Assembly (NCBI GenBank): GCA_050633305.1
Contig: JBOEGF010000027.1
Location: 1 to 31,349, forward strand
DNA: 31,349 bases
Reading direction: 5' to 3'
Source of the DNA: Nannocystales bacterium
GTDB taxonomy: Bacteria > Myxococcota_A > Polyangia > Nannocystales > Nannocystaceae
Below the pieces are notes generated by a model. It was not told the origin of the DNA, did no database searches, and saw nothing but the letters and a program-made list of their open reading frames with translations. Shown here piece by piece: positions 25,406-31,349 of this stretch. Both the position numbers and the translations under genes were made by a program. Numbering within the stretch: position 1 is the first letter of the stretch; each line of letters opens with the position of its first letter.

Positions 25406-26521
25406 TCAGTAGCCCTGTTCGAAGCCGCCGCCCGCGTCCGCGCCCGAGCCCACGCCGCGGAAGTGCAGCGCGAAGTCGTCCGGGTTCGTGGCGGCAGCAA
25501 GCGCCACCTCGTAGGTGATGAGCTTGCGCTTGACCAGCTCCGTGAGCGACTGGTCGAACGAGATCATCCCGTAAGGGTGAGCACCGTCTTTGATCGCGTC
25601 GACGATCTCGTGGGTACGCGTCTCATCGGCGATGAGGTCGCGGATCCGCGGCGTGTTGACCAGCACCTCGACCGCGGGAATCATCCCGCGGCCATCGGCT
25701 CGTGGCAGCAAACGCTGCGACACGATGGCGGTCAGGATGGACGCCAGCTGCAGCCGGGTGGCGTTCTGCTGGTGCGGAGGGTGCATCTGCACGATACGCG
25801 CGATGGTCTCCTGAGCATCGAGGGTGTGCAGGGTGGAGAACACCAAGTGACCGGTCTCCGCCGCGAGCATGCCCGTGGAGATGGTCTCGAGGTTCCGCAT
25901 CTCGCCCACGAGAACGACGTCGGGGTCTTGCCGCAGCGCCGCGGTCAGAGCCGCCTTGAAGCTGTGCGTGTCGAAGCTGAGTTCGCGCTGGTTGACGACC
26001 GAACGGTGGTCCCGAAAGACATACTCGATCGGGTCTTCGATGGTGATGATGTGCGCCGCACGTTCGGTGTTGATCAGGTTGATCAGCGAAGCGAGCGTGG
26101 TGGACTTGCCCGAGCCGGTGATCCCGGTGACCAACACCATGCCGCGATGCTCTTTGGCCAAGTCGCGTACCCGACCGGGAAGATTCAACCGTTCGAACGA
26201 GGGGATGTCGGCGGCGATCACGCGCATGACCATTCCGGTCTCACCGCGTTGCTTGAACACGTTGACTCGGTAGCGAAGTCCGTCCGGCGTCGCGTAGGCC
26301 AAGTCGACGTCGCACGTGTCCACGAACTTCGTATGCGTCTTCTCGGTCATGATGTTGACCGCGAACGTGTTGATCACATCGCTGGTCATCGGGGGCACGT
26401 CTTTGAGCGTGCGCAACGAGCCGCGGATCCGGAAGACGGGAGGGAGACCGACCTTGAGGTGGACGTCCGACGCACCGAGCTTGCGCGCAGCTTGTAGGAC
26501 CCGGTCAAAGATCTCGTTCAT
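25406..26521 (-). CDS. pilT: type IV pilus retraction ATPase, PilT/PilU family paralog
   Basis: ASDVHL, Walker A GITGSGKST, TIEDPIEY, LRQDPDVVLVGEMR and ETGHLVFSTLHT; ATG at 26521 preceded by GAGG. Confidence 0.88.
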   Translation of the reverse strand: MNEIFDRVLQAARKLGASDVHLKVGLPPVFRIRGSLRTLKDVPPMTSDVINTFAVNIMTEKTHTKFVDTCDVDLAYATPDGLRYRVNVFKQRGETGMVMRVIAADIPSFERLNLPGRVRDLAKEHRGMVLVTGITGSGKSTTLASLINLINTERAAHIITIEDPIEYVFRDHRSVVNQRELSFDTHSFKAALTAALRQDPDVVLVGEMRNLETISTGMLAAETGHLVFSTLHTLDAQETIARIVQMHPPHQQNATRLQLASILTAIVSQRLLPRADGRGMIPAVEVLVNTPRIRDLIADETRTHEIVDAIKDGAHPYGMISFDQSLTELVKRKLITYEVALAAATNPDDFALHFRGVGSGADAGGGFEQGY

Positions 26522-26621
26522 GCCTCTAAAGTAGCGAAGATCGGGCGCGTTTGCGCTGACAAAGCCCCCCTGAGCCTTCGCGCAGGTCGTTGCGTGTTCA
26601 AGCCCAGGCCGGCCACAGCCG

Positions 26622-27812
26622 ATGGCCTTGCGGGTGCCTCCGTCGACTGAAATCCGCACAGCCCTCGCGCAGGGTCCAACCGCGATCACGGACCTGTTGG
26701 CGCAGCTCAGCCCGGCGGAAAACGCGCAGCCGCCGGTGTTGGTGTCGGTGTTCGCATCCGCGGTCTTCCCCCTTCAGGACGTCCTGGCATCGGTCCAGCA
26801 GGCCTGGCCAACCGCGACGGTCATTGGGGCATCGTCCGCGGGCGAGTTCAGCGAGAGCCAAGAGACCGGGAAGGCGATCTCGGCCTGGGCGATCTGGGGC
26901 GACTTCGAGGTCCAAGCCGCCATCGCGAGCAACCTCAAGGAAGCTCCTGAGGATGCCGTCGTCGAGCTCGGCCGCCGGCTGGACAAGAGGTTCGAAGAAC
27001 ATCCACACCGGGTGGGGATCCTTCTGCTCGACACGATGTCCGGCCGCGGCGAGGAGACAACACTGTTGGCAGCCACGCTGCTTGGACAGGACGAGCCGGT
27101 CCGGCTCGTGGGCGGGGCCGCCGGTGACGACCTCGCGATGAAACACACCTCGGTCGGCATCGGTGCCGAGGCCCGAGAAGACGCGGTCGTCCTCGCCTTC
27201 CTTCACGGCCGCCACCCGTTCGGCATCGGTGTGCAGCACGGGCATCGAGCCGAGTCCCGTCCCCTCTCGGTCTCCCGTGCGACGGGCAACATCGTCCACG
27301 AACTGGACGGCCGACCCGCATGGGACGTTTGGCGCGAGGAGGTGACGGCCCTGACCTCGGACGTCGACTTCGAGGCGATGACCGCCGAGGAGCTCACGCC
27401 GTTCTTTTTTACGCACGCGGCGTCGCTCACCTCCGGGGCCGAGATCAAGGTTCGCTCCCCACTGCAGCGACACGACGACGGCTCCCTTGCGTTCGCTTGC
27501 GGGCTCCCCGAGGGCGCCGTGATCCGCCTGACCAGCAGCGACGTCGAGCAGCAACTCGGCAGCGCGCGGGCTGCCGCCGAGCAGGCCCGAAAGCAACTCG
27601 GGGGAAGAACGCCAGCGGGCGCGCTCGTGTTCGACTGCATCTGCCGGAAACTGATCCTCCAGGACAGATTCGGCGACGCGATCGAGGCGATATCCGAGGC
27701 ACTCGGCGGAGTCCCCGTCGCGGGATTCGAGACCTACGGCGAGATCGCCTTGGATGTCTCCGACCTCTCAGGGTTCCACAACAGCACCACAGTCGTTCTG
27801 GCGGTGGGCTGA
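26622..27812 (+). CDS. FIST N/C-domain sensor protein (NosP-like)
   Basis: IGASSAGEF, LVGGAAGDD, ELDGRPA, FDCICRK and GFETYGEI...FHNSTTV are FIST hallmarks. Confidence 0.88.
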   Translation: MALRVPPSTEIRTALAQGPTAITDLLAQLSPAENAQPPVLVSVFASAVFPLQDVLASVQQAWPTATVIGASSAGEFSESQETGKAISAWAIWGDFEVQAAIASNLKEAPEDAVVELGRRLDKRFEEHPHRVGILLLDTMSGRGEETTLLAATLLGQDEPVRLVGGAAGDDLAMKHTSVGIGAEAREDAVVLAFLHGRHPFGIGVQHGHRAESRPLSVSRATGNIVHELDGRPAWDVWREEVTALTSDVDFEAMTAEELTPFFFTHAASLTSGAEIKVRSPLQRHDDGSLAFACGLPEGAVIRLTSSDVEQQLGSARAAAEQARKQLGGRTPAGALVFDCICRKLILQDRFGDAIEAISEALGGVPVAGFETYGEIALDVSDLSGFHNSTTVVLAVG

Positions 27813-28108
27813 TGACCGAGCCTGTCACCGTCGGCTACGCCGAACTGGCCGAACTCCTTCAAGGAGCCCTCGGTGAAGAACGGGCTGCGCTGGCGATCAC
27901 GACGGCTGCGGATGCGCTCGGCGTCTCCGGGGGGCCGTACTCCAGCGCTGCCGCCCTCGAGATCCTCGGTGTGATCGCGGAGCAGGCGGGGCTGGTGGGG
28001 ATCAGCGCTCGATTCGCGCGCTCGCGACTCTTGTCCCGAATGACCGCCCAGTCTCTGGAACAGCACGGTGTCGCGCTGTTTGTCGATCCACGGGCGGATG
28101 AGGGCTGA
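27812..28108 (+). CDS. small hypothetical helical protein (98 aa)
   Basis: ATG overlaps the FIST stop (TGATG); amphipathic Ala/Leu-rich sequence. Confidence 0.7.
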   Translation: MTEPVTVGYAELAELLQGALGEERAALAITTAADALGVSGGPYSSAAALEILGVIAEQAGLVGISARFARSRLLSRMTAQSLEQHGVALFVDPRADEG

Positions 28109-28213
28109 CCGAACGTCGTCTGCAAGAGTAGCCCCCGCCGCGCCTCCTCATCCCTCAGTCAGGCCACACTCGGGAGCGGGGGCCAGCGTGGGTGTCAGGC
28201 GAAGCGAGCCTCT

Positions 28214-29494
28214 CTAAAGGATGCCCAGGCGCTTGACCTTGAGGTAGCGGCCTTCGGCAAACGCGGGCGGGACCGGGAAGTCCGGGGGCAGACCGCACTC
28301 ACCCAGCAGTCGGGCAGTCCGCCCACCGGCGAGCGCCCCGCCGCCGAGTGCGGACATGAACTCGTCATCGGGCAGCCGTGACGCGTTGGAGATCGCCAGC
28401 ACGTCAGCACCGGGCGCGCACACCCCGGCGATAGCCTCCATCAGGGAACGCCAGTCTTTGAGCGCGGAGAACACCTTGCCCTTGACCCGCGAGAACGGCG
28501 GAGGATCGACCACGATGAGATCGAACTGCTCGTCCCGCTGCCGGAGCTTCTCGAGGTGTTTGAACACGTCGCCGGTCAGCGGCTTGCATGCTTGGCCGTC
28601 GAACCCCGACGCCTCGAGGTTCTGACGACACCGGGTATGGGAGCGAGCGGCGGCGTCCACGTTGACGACCGCGTCGGCTCCTCCAAGCACCGCACGCATG
28701 CCCAGCGATCCGGTGAACGAGAACAAGTTGAGCACCCGGCGGCCCTTGGCGAGCTGCTGGACCCATCGACGCCCCTCGCGAAGATCGAGGAACAACCCCG
28801 GGGAAACCGGTGCACTGGGATCGACGAGGTACTTGAGACCGTCCTCCTCGATGACCAAGTCGGTCGGCGCGTTCTTACCTTTCATGTGGGCCGCACCGGG
28901 ACGACGCTCCTCCGGCGTGACAGGCTTGACGCGATCCTGCAGGTAGATCCCCGCCGGAGACAGCTTGGAGTTGAGAATCTCGATCAGCGGCTCCAGGTAC
29001 GCATCAACGCAGCGAGCGTACTTGTAGACGAGGACGAACTCACCGAGCCGGTCGACCGCGACGCCTGGAATGCCGTCGCCCTCGGCGTGCACCAGGCGGC
29101 AGGCGCCCCGGATACTGTCCTCCAGCGCGACCTCTCGGTGCGCGAGCGCAGCGGTGATCCGCTCTTCGAGGACGTCCGGACCCCAGGTGAAGTCGGGCTG
29201 GGCGCTGACCATCCGAACGGCAACGGCGCCGTCGGGCTCGTACAGACCCCACCCGACCGAGCGACCGTCCTCGTCGCTGACCGGGACCGGCGTGCCCGAG
29301 GCGACGCCGTCGAGCGAACGACGCAGGCTGTCGCGAAAGACCCAAGGGTGGCCAGATTCCACGCTTCGGACCGCGGGCAGCGCGAGCTTGAGGGCACGGT
29401 CTTTGCCGGGGCGGCGAACAGTAGGTTTTTGTGGGCCGCTGTCGCGCTTGCCACCGCGCGCGCGACTTTTGTTGCCGGAAGAAGACGAGGCCAT
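28214..29494 (-). CDS. class I SAM-dependent rRNA methyltransferase, RlmI/RlmK-like
   Basis: PUA-like GHPWVF, RLVHAEGDGIPGVAVD, GLFLDLRE, VLNLFSFTG and FDLIVVDPPPF. Start taken at the ATG at 29494. Confidence 0.88.
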   Translation of the reverse strand: MASSSSGNKSRARGGKRDSGPQKPTVRRPGKDRALKLALPAVRSVESGHPWVFRDSLRRSLDGVASGTPVPVSDEDGRSVGWGLYEPDGAVAVRMVSAQPDFTWGPDVLEERITAALAHREVALEDSIRGACRLVHAEGDGIPGVAVDRLGEFVLVYKYARCVDAYLEPLIEILNSKLSPAGIYLQDRVKPVTPEERRPGAAHMKGKNAPTDLVIEEDGLKYLVDPSAPVSPGLFLDLREGRRWVQQLAKGRRVLNLFSFTGSLGMRAVLGGADAVVNVDAAARSHTRCRQNLEASGFDGQACKPLTGDVFKHLEKLRQRDEQFDLIVVDPPPFSRVKGKVFSALKDWRSLMEAIAGVCAPGADVLAISNASRLPDDEFMSALGGGALAGGRTARLLGECGLPPDFPVPPAFAEGRYLKVKRLGIL

Positions 29495-29591
29495 GGAGTC
29501 GCGGGAACATAGCGGAAAAGCACCGTCGGGGGCTAACCTTGCCCCGGTGGGGTCGCGCTGGCCCCGCGAACCCTCGGGGCGAGCCAAATCC

Positions 29592-31304
<1,713 letters not shown>

Positions 31305-31309
31305 GTTTA

Positions 31310-31333
31310 GAGGGAAACCTCTCGGTTTCCCTC
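31310..31333. repeat. perfect stem-loop after pilB (REP-like or terminator-like)
   Basis: GAGGGAAACC-TCTC-GGTTTCCCTC: 10 bp stem, 4 nt loop, no U-tract. Confidence 0.55.
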
Positions 31334-31349
31334 ACTCCGGCCGGCGCAG

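Noticed and set aside
28131..28183. GCCCCCGC/GCGGGGGC inverted repeat between convergent genes
   Set aside because: An all-GC 8 bp stem with a long loop and no U-tract is too weak to call.
29527..29542. GG-N10-GC (GGGGCTAACCTTGC) as a sigma54 promoter for pilB
   Set aside because: The spacing and TTGC fit, but the -24 TGGCAC context is absent; likely chance in GC-rich DNA.

Overview
High-GC bacterial chromosomal segment, most likely from a myxobacterium (inferred from the bacNOP-type bactofilin triplet, PilB/PilT and CarH). From left to right: a Thr-Tyr-Gly-Thr tRNA operon with a clear sigma70 promoter; a HEAT-repeat lipoprotein; three bactofilins; glutamate-cysteine ligase; a ~12.5 kb carotenoid cluster; three exported proteins (unknown, SGNH-family, diheme cytochrome c peroxidase); a ~170 nt nested inverted-repeat element; an acidic protein coupled to alaS; a pilT paralog; a FIST protein with a small partner; an RlmI-like methyltransferase; and pilB. 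The carotenoid cluster contains crtE, crtB, crtI, crtD, crtC, a GT2 glycosyltransferase, a PlsC-type acyltransferase and the B12 photoreceptor-repressor CarH. It is the most unusual part of the window for three reasons. It encodes a single-chain fusion of a membrane CrtYc/d-type lycopene cyclase to an actinobacterial-type CrtU, which predicts aromatic and probably glycosyl-acylated carotenoids. It embeds an RpoD-like (non-ECF) sigma factor with His at the Q437-equivalent position, and two cluster promoters have the form TTGACA-N16/17-CAGACT. Three of its promoters share a TT(G/T)NCAAACCT motif. All protein calls come from motif recognition by eye; no database searches were run, so novelty claims are hypotheses.
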